Source of the DNA: Candidatus Zixiibacteriota bacterium
GTDB lineage: Bacteria; Zixibacteria; MSB-5A5; GN15; FEB-12
NCBI GenBank assembly: GCA_041742355.1
Contig: JBGSIV010000099.1
Coordinates: forward strand, 1 to 22,484
Direction of reading: 5' to 3'
Length of the DNA: 22,484 bases
Shown: positions 10,701 to 19,137 of the stretch, in pieces
How positions within the stretch are numbered: the first letter of the stretch is position 1
How the letters are laid out: each line of letters begins with the position of its first letter
Notes under the pieces: model-generated
Databases searched by the model: none
Seen by the model: only the letters and a program-made list of their open reading frames with translations
Told to the model about the DNA's origin: nothing
Translations under genes and position numbers: made by a program

Positions 10701-13700
10701 GTCTTGACTTTGTCGCGTCGGCTTGCGGTACATCGGGCGTCCAGTCCGTTGGGGTTGTCGTGCAGTGTCCCGTGACGCTCTACCACCTTGAGTCTATTGA
10801 GCCGGCCTATGATGAGGTCTCCGAAATCATGCACGGCGGCATACTTCATCGCTACTACCGTGTCCGAGATGTCCAGACGACTCAACCAGTCGAGGGAGTG
10901 ACGCTGTATTTCGCCGATGGACAGATACTGGTCACCGATAGCAAGGGCGAGTTCACCATCAGCCTCAGGCCCGACGATCTGGGCTGGAGGGACATTGGTT
11001 TGTACGTTTGGGACATGCTTGACCACGTTGAGTTTGCCGGGCAGGAAGTCGCGCTCGATGAACTTCTGGCCTTTAATGTCGACCTGCAGCCCCGCACCTA
11101 CACCAGGGAGTGGGATCTCTTGGCCGGAGTAAGTGTCGAAGTGGGCGGTGGTATCGGAGCCGGGATCGGTCCTCTTGGTATTCGGGCGGCGCGGCTATCT
11201 GTCTCTGGATCATCGGCAATCGGCGGGACTATTTCGGCGGAAGTCAGCTCGGTGGATCCACTCTGGCTGACGTATTCGCGGCGGATAGAAACATCGGTGG
11301 GAGCGGGGCTTTCGGTCGGTCGCATCCCGGCGCTGTCGTTCCTCAACTACCGTGTTGGTGGAGGGGCCAATCTCAAACTTGAAGCCGTCGGGAATCAGTC
11401 GTTTTCATTCAACGACCCGTACGAAGATTCGCGACAGACTGTCGCCCAGTCCATCGTTTTCCTGGAAAGCGGAACGCGCTTGGCCACCGGATTTCTTTCG
11501 TACGCGTGTGTGCCAATTCTTGACGGCCTGATAAACTATGCGAAGTCGCACAACGATTACGTTGCGTATTTTGCGAATAGCGAAGATCAGCTGGGGGCCT
11601 CTCTCGGTCTGGAGTTTTCTGCCGACGCCGGCTGCAAGACCATGCTTTACAATTCCCAGGCAAACAAGTATGTCGGCATCGAGCTGCCCAACGCGGAGCT
11701 TTCCCTGAGTCTCATGGCATCGATCGACCAGTACAAGCACTCCGTGTTCGGAGACAACCACGAGGGTGCGGACCGCGCAATCACTCTGACAGAAGCCGCC
11801 CAGTTCGATATGTCTCTCCTCAAGTTGCGGATTGGCACCGGAGCCGGCGGTCCGATCCTACCTTGGTTCGAGCAGTTGTTGCCTTATTGGAGCCTCAGCT
11901 ATGGAGGCGAGCTTTCAGAGTCAGTTGAGTTCGACTCCGACTGGCAACCGACTGGCGGTTCGGTGACGCTGCTCCAGGACGATCAGGGGTTGAGTACCAA
12001 TCCTGAGGCGCTCCACGACTTCCAGGAGCTGACCGTGTCATTCGGGCCGGACATAGCCCGGGGGCTCGTCAGCACCGGAACTAACCTGGCCAACCTGATG
12101 CTGACGGCATCGAATCCGGCAGGTCCCCTCATGTCTGGCGGCGGGCTGGCCCTCGGCAACGACGTCGCCGATGTATTGACGTCTGCTATCCAGTTGGAGG
12201 AAGATGTGAAATCTGGCGAACTGGAGTACACCAAGTCCTCGATCCGTACTCAAGCTTTCAGTTTGCCTGTGAACGTGCCGATAGATCTTGGCGTCGGCAT
12301 CGAATGGAGTCTCGACCTGGGCGTGAATCTCGCATTTTCGAGAACGCAGTCTTTCGAAACCACTAAGGGAGCGATCAACGGTCAGGAATTCAACCGCTTC
12401 CCTCTCGAGGAATACGAAGAAGATGAATACCTGCAGGATGACCTGAGCCTCTGGGGGATACTGGAGCCCGTCTTTATGCACGCCATCAATGCCGCCCGTG
12501 AGCATATCCTCGGATTGCTGAATCGCGTCCAGGTGCTGATCGAGAGCGGCGTGGAACTTATTCTTCAGACCCAACCCGAGATCATCAACGGTGGAGCCCA
12601 GCTCTCTGTCTCTGCCGGTTCGTACCCTGCTGGCTATACCGCTCAGATTATCAGCTTTGCAGTCAACAGAGAGGCAGCGCCCGAGGGTGCCGGAGTGACG
12701 CCATATCGTGGGCGAGCCGTTCCGAGTTTCGCATCCAGAGACACGGTGGCATCGTTCACGTCGGTGGGAGAGGCCTATGAGGTGAAAATCCTCGGTCTAT
12801 CCATGGTACCGTTGGACACGTTTGTCAATCCCATTGTCTTCAAGATTGTAGTCACGGATTCCGATCTCGTCGCCTCCGGATACACTCCTGCGGACCGCCC
12901 ATGGCTAAAGGTGTTCCACTGGGATCGCGTGAGATGCATATCAGTGGAGAGTCCATCTTCTCTTTCCGGTGACACCATTCTCAGCTCTTTGACAGCCGGT
13001 GGCCAGTACGTTGCCGGTCTCTTCGGTGCACCGGTTGATCTACTGCCTCCGGTCATCGACAGCCTGAGCCCGGAACACGGGGCGGTCATTCACCATGACA
13101 GTCCGATTCTCAGGGCGTTTGCATCTGACACAGGCATCGCCGCCAGTGGCCTCAGTCCGGTTCGCGGGTTTGCAGTACTCGATCAGGATACGATTCCGTT
13201 CAGCTTCGAAACCGGGAAAGCTTTCCGTGGCTGCTTCTATGCCGAAGTGATTTCGCCTCTTGGTTCTGGAGAGCACCGTTATCGCGCTCACGTCTTCGAC
13301 AACGCCGGCAACCAGACCGTTTCCTCTGAGGTGACTTTCATCTACTCTGACTCGCTCTGCGATAGCGGCCGGTTGATTGTACGACCCGAGCCTCAGCGGT
13401 GGTTCTTCCAAAATTCCGTGCCGTCATTCATTGATACGCTCTACATCGGCGATCTTGGTGGTTGCAGTGTGTCAGAGATTTCCACCATAAACCTCACCGT
13501 GCTCGACTCGGTAGCTGTCCCAGTACTCACTACACAGGTGCTTGCCGCCGGGGAGTATGACTCGAGCCTTGGATTCAACGGCGACGTCCTGGCAGTCCTG
13601 GTTGAGGCGGCTGATCTCATCGCTCCATTCGGGGAGATCTACGATACAACAGTCCAGGAGGTCGATTCATACGGAACGCTTCAGAATGGTGAACCGTATA

Positions 13701-13918
13701 GGCTCTCGGGAAAATTCCTGCTGACGGGCCACCTTTCTGGCGATCTGAACAATGATGGTCTGATAAATCTCTCTGATTTGTCGATCTTGAGCACTCACTT
13801 CTTCACGAGTTCCGATCAGCCGGGACGTGTCGACCCGATAGCAGCGGACTTTGACCGCGATGGACAGTTGACAATATCCGACATCTGTTCGCTCGTTAGA
13901 TTCGTGTTTAGGCAGTAG
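7724..13918 (+). CDS. 2064-aa secreted multidomain protein: signal peptide, L-type (legume/ConA-like) lectin, CARDB, Ig/Fn3-like domains, C-terminal dockerin type I
   Basis: Signal peptide MKSLLWMIATLAIAATVSA. Lectin motifs GGGSGADGIVF and YFGFTAATGGSTNYHRI. CARDB motif VDPRNLIPEASELNN. Paired Ca-binding loops GDLNNDGLINLSD and ADFDRDGQLTISD at ~13739-13915. Confidence 0.9.
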   Translation: MKSLLWMIATLAIAATVSAQGLNIDGVIVDDDFSSFDSNRYILYHNAVYDAANQSVRLTPVATNQAGRLYLRDQFWMDNFTVQFDFYMGGGSGADGIVFAFTQSHNYGRSDGGSLDFAGATGYGIVLNTYSNAGDPSEECLGLVRNGPNSYLSYWLAPNGALEGGIWRTVRVTNESGHVRVWLDDTLRINYQIANYQPFAGYFGFTAATGGSTNYHRIDNFFIENASQMNVWADLECRSITTHPPQPFAGQSVTVSAEIVNSGDSTVPIFLVDYYESPSGAYIGSDTVPGIRAGGQFTSEVDWTPGCGTYNLTVEVDPRNLIPEASELNNTFSATVQALCDTGLQVIAQPQTHSAGIDDTVSYNILVANRKPVPVQVTLEISGLPSEWYASTQDTVWIEAWGERNLAILVRTPTSCGAAGRYPFVVSVNAVDLSTTIENDLSLEITSDPHIIDLLPANAAKTSTNSVWINWTTLNHSTSVVYYRIAGTTTFSQATAADGRFHNVELTSLNWDTQYEWYCQSVSACGSSLSEIRHFRVGHGIVFLDAPFTIIIGRDYNQERTIAVMNEDNQPHTLLLEVINSHSDLIVGFIGSGSMDEQITLQPGESRDVTVVFHTQDATSRHYDVLFRLLADAETVTPISALAPCAVDVTWPVVDFRFEEVSFDSLSMIRTLRVCNDGDQLSDLNVFIAESFGMSMTLYPNVNHASLQPGECLQFAVIPNFPDTSSGRQGCSALLTATAAGVSTHYRVEDCCHETIYEVHVPNVITCQKEHVNSWYCTNRPYIRIYLSSFVGGDAGGKDFSEDVTLNMHFATPAGWQPRPHDVQVFVNGHSVAQLLNGVPKGDYSFSIDPAFLNSATTGAATNIIELSTQHLNGGHYVLTAGAQLCRCVADYSERICAATQQQAVQVLLDRPYLRTGPEGLSVAIQEPLEGAVLSAGYRVNLRAQVNDQTGAPFDAANVLVTTCDGKQILLGHTRDGEYQGTWVPGQCLEQCGLDFVASACGTSGVQSVGVVVQCPVTLYHLESIEPAYDEVSEIMHGGILHRYYRVRDVQTTQPVEGVTLYFADGQILVTDSKGEFTISLRPDDLGWRDIGLYVWDMLDHVEFAGQEVALDELLAFNVDLQPRTYTREWDLLAGVSVEVGGGIGAGIGPLGIRAARLSVSGSSAIGGTISAEVSSVDPLWLTYSRRIETSVGAGLSVGRIPALSFLNYRVGGGANLKLEAVGNQSFSFNDPYEDSRQTVAQSIVFLESGTRLATGFLSYACVPILDGLINYAKSHNDYVAYFANSEDQLGASLGLEFSADAGCKTMLYNSQANKYVGIELPNAELSLSLMASIDQYKHSVFGDNHEGADRAITLTEAAQFDMSLLKLRIGTGAGGPILPWFEQLLPYWSLSYGGELSESVEFDSDWQPTGGSVTLLQDDQGLSTNPEALHDFQELTVSFGPDIARGLVSTGTNLANLMLTASNPAGPLMSGGGLALGNDVADVLTSAIQLEEDVKSGELEYTKSSIRTQAFSLPVNVPIDLGVGIEWSLDLGVNLAFSRTQSFETTKGAINGQEFNRFPLEEYEEDEYLQDDLSLWGILEPVFMHAINAAREHILGLLNRVQVLIESGVELILQTQPEIINGGAQLSVSAGSYPAGYTAQIISFAVNREAAPEGAGVTPYRGRAVPSFASRDTVASFTSVGEAYEVKILGLSMVPLDTFVNPIVFKIVVTDSDLVASGYTPADRPWLKVFHWDRVRCISVESPSSLSGDTILSSLTAGGQYVAGLFGAPVDLLPPVIDSLSPEHGAVIHHDSPILRAFASDTGIAASGLSPVRGFAVLDQDTIPFSFETGKAFRGCFYAEVISPLGSGEHRYRAHVFDNAGNQTVSSEVTFIYSDSLCDSGRLIVRPEPQRWFFQNSVPSFIDTLYIGDLGGCSVSEISTINLTVLDSVAVPVLTTQVLAAGEYDSSLGFNGDVLAVLVEAADLIAPFGEIYDTTVQEVDSYGTLQNGEPYRLSGKFLLTGHLSGDLNNDGLINLSDLSILSTHFFTSSDQPGRVDPIAADFDRDGQLTISDICSLVRFVFRQ

Positions 13919-13979
13919 CTTGAACAGACTGATGGTTCGATGCCAGTTAACCTGCACCGAACCGAATGAACTGCTTCAT

Positions 13980-14013
13980 GCACTGTGGGCGGCCGCCGAG
14001 CCGCCCACAGTGC
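13980..14013 (+). terminator. GC-rich hairpin downstream of the giant gene
   Basis: Perfect 14-bp stem GCACTGTGGGCGGC / GCCGCCCACAGTGC with a 6-nt loop, followed by an AT-rich tail but no clean U-tract. Confidence 0.55.
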
Positions 14014-14255
14014 CTTAGTAATTAATCCCCCAGTGTATTGGCCGCGCAAGGGTGCACCATATGTAGAATCGGATGTCACAGATGCGATGACTGCCGAATG
14101 TTTGAATAGGGAAGGTGCCTTAGATTGCAGCCTCTGAGCAAGGATGTGGAACGCTCTATCCGGCCTGGGTTAAGTTGCCCATTACGAAGCTTTAGACTAA
14201 TCCTGTAGTGCGATCCACATATTCTTGCCGGTTCCCCAACCATCCGCCCTTGGGG

Positions 14256-14541
14256 TCAGAGCCTCAGCCCATCCAGCGCGTCTGCCGGGTGATCTGGGGC
14301 GAGGATAGCGTAGATAATCGTGTTTGTATACCCGAATAGCCCATCACTTCTACTTGGTAGGGGTGTCGACGCCAGATATCACGAGATGACTGGCGAAAGT
14401 GTGGCACGGCGCGTACAGCTTCGTCAGATTTGGGATTCCTGCCGCCGCAGCGATCTTGATCAGCTCCGGGCGAAGTCGATTGTGGGAACAGCAGGAGTTC
14501 CTTTCGGTGAACATGTGGTGGCAATCGGCAGCATACGACAC
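14256..14541 (-). pseudogene. tyrosine recombinase/integrase C-terminal remnant
   Basis: Across shifting frames: LIKIAAAAGIPNLTKLYAPCHTFASHLVISGVD / MGYSGIQT / IIYAILAPDHPADALDGL. This matches a decayed H..RHTFAS...MGH......IY box II, with catalytic H/R/H substituted plus stops and frameshifts. Confidence 0.8.
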
Positions 14542-14779
14542 TCGCGATCAGGGCTATTCTTGACTTGGCTGGTGTAATCTGATGCCTGCCCCGGCAGGCA
14601 GGCGACGGCTGCTTGCGATCAAGCTTCAGTGCCACTGGACGATTCGATCAACCGGCAAGCCAATTCCGCACAGCAGCTTACCAAGACAGGCGGGCCATGG
14701 CGACCTATTCCCGAACGGTGGCATAGCCGAACGGGCTTCTTCTGCTCGACCCGGTTCCCCTCACTCGGTTCAACCTAAA

Positions 14780-15296
14780 CGGTTCACCCCCACGCGTGTG
14801 GGGACGACTGCCCGTCCAGGTTCTCAACTTGGGCTATCCGCGGTTCACCCCCACGCGTGTGGGGACGACATGGTCAACACTTGTGCGCCCTCAAGCTCGG
14901 CCGGTTCACCCCCACGCGTGTGGGGACGACGGAGTAACCTGTCAATTAAAAAGCTCGGTATGCGGTTCACCCCCACGCGTGTGGGGACGACTCCCATATC
15001 ACTTCCCCGTCGGGGTGTCATACCGGTTCACCCCCACGCGTGTGGGGACGACGCCAGCAAGAAGGCGGTTGGGAAATGACATGCCGGTTCACCCCCACGC
15101 GTGTGGGGACGACATGCCCTGTTTCGGTCGCACAGTCACATTCGCCGGTTCACCCCCACGCGTGTGGGGACGACGCCATCGGGTGAGGTTCGCCGGGTTG
15201 CAGATCCGGTTCACCCCCACGCGTGTGGGGACGACCTTGCCTTGCCTCGTTTCATTGGGTTCGGGTTCGGTTCACCCCCACGCGTGTGGGGACGAC
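14780..15296 (-). CRISPR. type I-E-like CRISPR array: 9 identical 29-bp repeats, 8 spacers of 32 bp
   Basis: CGGTTCACCCCCACGCGTGTGGGGACGAC starts at 14780, 14841, 14902, 14963, 15024, 15085, 15146, 15207 and 15268 (61-bp period), with internal hairpin CCCCAC/GTGGGG. The minus-strand form ends ...GGTGAACCG like the E. coli I-E repeat (...ATAAACCG), so minus orientation is inferred. Confidence 0.97.
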
Positions 15297-15520
15297 GATA
15301 TGGGATGTGTTACTACCGGCACGCCGAGGCCACAAGAAAGTGGATGAAGAACACCCTAATTTGATCACCGACCCGTCTGCTGATATGTCACTAAGTCACA
15401 TTTCGCTTAGGCCGCCTCCGTCTTTCGCATCAACAAGCCTGTACCTCTGGTTCAAGTAACTATAGGCGGCTCGGTAGCTCCTGCCTCGGAACGAGCCGAT
15501 GTTTTAGTGAGGATGATCCG

Positions 15521-16531
15521 ATGTATGACAAGAGACGTGACCATCAGGATGTCTATCGTGTTCCTTTGCTGCGGCATGCAGAGCTCCCCACCTGGTACTT
15601 TGACCAAGAGTGCGTTACGGCGGCTCGACCGATACCCCACATCGACCTTCAGCTGGGGCCTTCCCATGAAGACGGTTTGCGTGTCAAGAAGATTGAGATT
15701 GTCTTATGCTACAGAGGGTTCACGGGAGATATCCAGCCTCTTGACCCGCTGACTCTGCTGCTCGAACCATTCGATTTCGGATACGGCCCTGACAATCTTC
15801 TTAAAGGTCCGAATGATTCTGGGTTAAGAATTACCCGAGACTCGGCCAGACAGCGCAGCAAATATCGTCAGGATGATGACAGTATAGACCTGTTGCATTT
15901 TGGCAACTCTTTCAGTCTCTTCGCGGGTCGGGTTTGGGACGAATACTGCCTGTTTGAAGGTAGTTCGACCATCTGGAGGACAGACTTCTGCGGCTGGATT
16001 TATCGGTTCACTGCCTTGACCTCGGATATGATTGACTATCCCTTCGTTGATGAATTGAATTGGGATCGACGACGCAGAGAACTGCAACATTTACTCCAGA
16101 AGCGGGAGGCCTGTGAAATCAATGCGTTTCACGAACCTCATTGGAGTTCGTTTATTGAAGGCGACCAATGGCCTCCAAACCTAGCGGAACGGGCACGGCA
16201 GCGCGATGCCTGCGTAACCATTGATGACTTCCGTGCCAAGGTCAAATGAGGTCAACCTTTGGAAGACTTCTTGCACGCAATTGTCGATGCTTTCGTAGGT
16301 TACCTCCTGAGTACGCGCCAGATCAAACGATGCGGCTTCTGCCGGGGATTCTTCCCATTCGAGGAAAGAAAGCTCTACTGCTCGCTGCGTTCTGAAGGTA
16401 GGGATTGCGGCAAGAGGGCCCGTAATCGCCGTAGTTATTTGAAACGGACGGAAGACCAGAAAGAACGGATTCGACAGGGGAATCGTGAGCTCCGTTCTTT
16501 CTACCAACAAAGGCAAATCCGAAAGTATTAA
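15521..16531 (+). pseudogene. protein with C-terminal CGNR-type zinc finger, interrupted by one in-frame TGA
   Basis: ORFs 15521-16249 and 16259-16531 share a frame (AAA TGA GGT CAA CCT TTG). The C-terminal part has IKRCGFC..FF...KLYCS......CGKRARNRR. GAGG precedes the ATG at 15521. Confidence 0.65.
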
Positions 16532-16700
16532 CCCTACTGAACAGAGATTTGCTCACCTGCTTTTCAGCCTACTGGTTTCACTCACGACACCGCGCGATGT
16601 AGTATCTACCGACAAGATCTTTTTCCCGCCAAATTGGCCGAGAGGATGAGCAAAGGCCAGCCGAACGAGGCCCGATGCCTCCTTAAGGAGATCGGCAAAG

Positions 16701-16901
16701 TTGCGGGATGAACGGTCAAGAAATGAACCTCTGTGTCGAATCAGGGAGATCCGAGAACTACCTGAGTCGGAAGGTCGAGAGTTCCTCGAGAAACGATTCT
16801 CGCATTCAGAGTATGAGGAGATCTGCGATAATCTTCGAGGGTTTTTTGACCTGCTCCGGACTTGGCGCCAGAACAAGGCCGGCGGGAGCACGGCACCCTA
16901 A
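16701..16901 (+). CDS. small hypothetical protein upstream of the serine recombinase
   Basis: AAGGAG 9 nt before a TTG start. The motif EYEEICDNLRGFFDLLRTW resembles small helical ORFs I recall preceding large serine recombinases (not verified by search). Confidence 0.5.
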   Translation: MRDERSRNEPLCRIREIRELPESEGREFLEKRFSHSEYEEICDNLRGFFDLLRTWRQNKAGGSTAP

Positions 16902-17071
16902 GTTCAGCTTGCCGAATGCCTACACTCCTGTCACACGCGTTTGAAACAGGGCGGTAGATTGAAATGGAGACCTTCAGATCGAATACGACTCCCATTCAGT
17001 GCAGCGATGCAATAACAATGGTTGCGGATCCGTCGCAGGAAATGTTTTTCAGGCTCTATGAGAGAATGTGA

Positions 17072-17100
17072 TTGACAGAGAAACCTGTGTCCCTTTTAAT
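17072..17100 (+). promoter_or_regulatory. near-consensus sigma70 promoter pointing toward the recombinase
   Basis: TTGACA-17 bp-TTTAAT in an AT-rich intergenic region. Confidence 0.65.
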
Positions 17101-17688
17101 AAGTTTAACATGTCCTCCTGCTTAATCACAAGCTGACTTTCCATAGTTCTTCAGAGTTACTCACGAATTACAGACAGAGGCAAGAAAAGGTGAATGTTCC
17201 ATTCACTAAGGCGCTCATAGATTTAGACAGTTCCGGTTCTTATCGGCGGCTGGCGAGGCGAGAGGGTCTATCGAAACAGAACAAAGGGTCCAAGCATTGG
17301 ATTATCAGTGAGTTAGACGCAACTCGAAACCGAAGCGTGTCTGAAAAAGATGGGGATTATGAACTTGTCATTGATCGTTCTGATCGGACCAGAACAAGAC
17401 ATGATCTAAGAGTGAGTACAATCCGACGGGATAGGGGAGTGCAACTGATCGATGGCGGTATCGACTCCACAGAACACAATAACGCCCTCAGACTCAAAGG
17501 TTCAATCTCTTATGGAAAATCTCATTTTGATGAAAACGGTCTAAGCGGCTTACATGTTCTGAAGATGCTGCAAATCACATTGGACTTCAGGCTCTTCACC
17601 AGCTGTTGATGCAAGAATTCCTCGATTCGTATATCGGCACAGCATGTCGTGAGTGGCGGAAATGGCTGTGCCGTAGGAGATCGACAAA

Positions 17689-19137
17689 ATGAAATGCGTT
17701 CTCTACACTCGCGTCTCCTCAAAAGAACAAGAGAGAGAAGGATTCTCAATCCCCGCCCAGCGGAAGCTGCTCCTTGAGTATGCTCGTAAACGCGGCATCG
17801 AGGCCGCCCAGGAGTTCAGTGACGTCGAAACGGCCAAGTCGGCTGGCCGAACCGCTTTTGGGCAAATGGTTCAGTTTCTCCGTATCCATAGAGACATTCG
17901 CGCTATACTGGTTGAGAAGACCGATCGACTCTACCGCAATCTTCGCGATTGGGTGGAGATTGAGGATCTTGGCCTCGAAGTCCACCTGGTCAAAGAGGGG
18001 GAGGTCCTCACCAAGGACAGCCACTCGCACACCAAGTTTATTCACGGTATCAACGTCTTGATGGCCAAGAACTACATCGACAACCTCTCTGAAGAGGTTA
18101 AAAAGGGCATGCAGGAGATGGTGGAAGAGGGAGAGTGGCCACACCGGGCGCCACTGGGCTATCTGAACGACCGGGTTACCCACACTCTTGTTGTCGACCC
18201 AGATCGTGGGCCGATAGTCGCTCGGTTGTTTGAAACCTATGCAACCGGCCGTTACTCGATAAGCCTTCTTCGGGAAAAGGCCAAGGAACTCGGGCTCCGA
18301 TACCGAGGCTCAAACAGCCTCGTTAGCCGAAGCTGGATTGAGAAGCTACTCAAGAATCCGATCTATTCGGGCCGGTTTAAGTGGAAAGGCAGAATCTATC
18401 AAGGGACCCATATGCCGCTCATTTCTCAGGAGACCTTCGACCGGGTTCAGGAGACTCTCCAAAATGTTCGAAAACCTAAAGGGCACAAACATCAGTTCGC
18501 CTTTCGAGGACTACTGACCTGCGGGCATTGTGGATGCGCCATAACAGCGGAGATCAAGAAGGGCCGGTACATTTACTACCGGTGTACCAATGGCAAGGGA
18601 AGGTGCCCTCAGCCCTACATCCCCGAGTCTCATTTAGCCGAAATGCTCGCTGAGACGGTCAAGCGGATTACAATCAGCGCCGAAACAGCAGAGGAAATCC
18701 GCCTTGCGCTCAAGGACAGCTTCGACAAAGAGCAGGATTTCCGTGAAACCGAACTCAGGCAGCTTCGCCAACAATCCGATAAGCTTCAGGCCAGAATCGA
18801 TCAGTGTTATCGGGACAAGTTGGATGGCCAGATTACCGTGGGTTTCTGGCAGACCACTCACCATCGGCTTCTGGAGGACCAAGATCGGCTGTCCGATCGC
18901 GTGAGACGGCTGGAGAAAGCAAACAGAGATTACTACCAGACAGGGGTCAGCTTCTTAGAACTCGCCCAGTCCGCTCATTCTCTCTATGTCGAGCAGAAAC
19001 CCAAAGAGCAGGCTGAACTGCTGCGAAACATACTTTCGAACTGCGTGCTCACCGACCTAAACCTATCCCCAACATACAAAAAGCCCTTCAACTACCTTGT
19101 CGAAGAGCCCCGAACTGAAATATGGCGGAGGAGGTAG
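17689..19137 (+). CDS. large serine recombinase (integrase)
   Basis: AGGAGA RBS; catalytic YTRVSS, SIPAQ, EKTDRLYRN; recombinase domain (APLGYLN...LLKNPIYSG...HMPLISQETFDRVQ); zinc ribbon (GLLTCGHCG...YYRC...C); coiled coil. Confidence 0.96.
   Translation: MKCVLYTRVSSKEQEREGFSIPAQRKLLLEYARKRGIEAAQEFSDVETAKSAGRTAFGQMVQFLRIHRDIRAILVEKTDRLYRNLRDWVEIEDLGLEVHLVKEGEVLTKDSHSHTKFIHGINVLMAKNYIDNLSEEVKKGMQEMVEEGEWPHRAPLGYLNDRVTHTLVVDPDRGPIVARLFETYATGRYSISLLREKAKELGLRYRGSNSLVSRSWIEKLLKNPIYSGRFKWKGRIYQGTHMPLISQETFDRVQETLQNVRKPKGHKHQFAFRGLLTCGHCGCAITAEIKKGRYIYYRCTNGKGRCPQPYIPESHLAEMLAETVKRITISAETAEEIRLALKDSFDKEQDFRETELRQLRQQSDKLQARIDQCYRDKLDGQITVGFWQTTHHRLLEDQDRLSDRVRRLEKANRDYYQTGVSFLELAQSAHSLYVEQKPKEQAELLRNILSNCVLTDLNLSPTYKKPFNYLVEEPRTEIWRRR

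Larger units (their letters stand above)
1..19137. mobile_element. genomic island integrated at the tRNA-Ser 3' end (left boundary not seen)
   Basis: The integrase abuts and overlaps the tRNA 3' end. The region is rich in IS and integrase debris and accessory genes, and is visibly less GC-rich than DNA right of the tRNA. No second att copy was found by eye, so the extent is inferred. Confidence 0.65.

Noticed and set aside
14809..15305. Self-targeting spacers
   Set aside because: By eye only ~9-nt matches were found (spacer 4 start vs 15297-15305; spacer 8 vs the 19-bp repeat), which is compatible with chance. The search was not exhaustive.
14582..15459. Several ORFs with repeating RFTPTRVGTT / VHPHACGD / GSPPRVWGR peptides
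   Set aside because: They are translations of the CRISPR repeats, not genes.
15458..15479. TAACTATAGGCGGCTCGGTAGC, loosely like the I-CeuI/23S rRNA site
   Set aside because: Several mismatches and gaps, with no rRNA or homing endonuclease context.
5296..16249. Alternative genetic code or selenocysteine explaining in-frame stops (TGA 5476, TAG 5296, TGA 16247)
   Set aside because: Both TGA and TAG end intact genes in this window, two different stop types occur in one gene, and no convincing SECIS hairpin was seen. Decay is simpler.
17190..17609. 139-aa ORF downstream of the strong promoter
   Set aside because: No recognisable motif and a weak start; cannot be supported as a gene, though not excluded.
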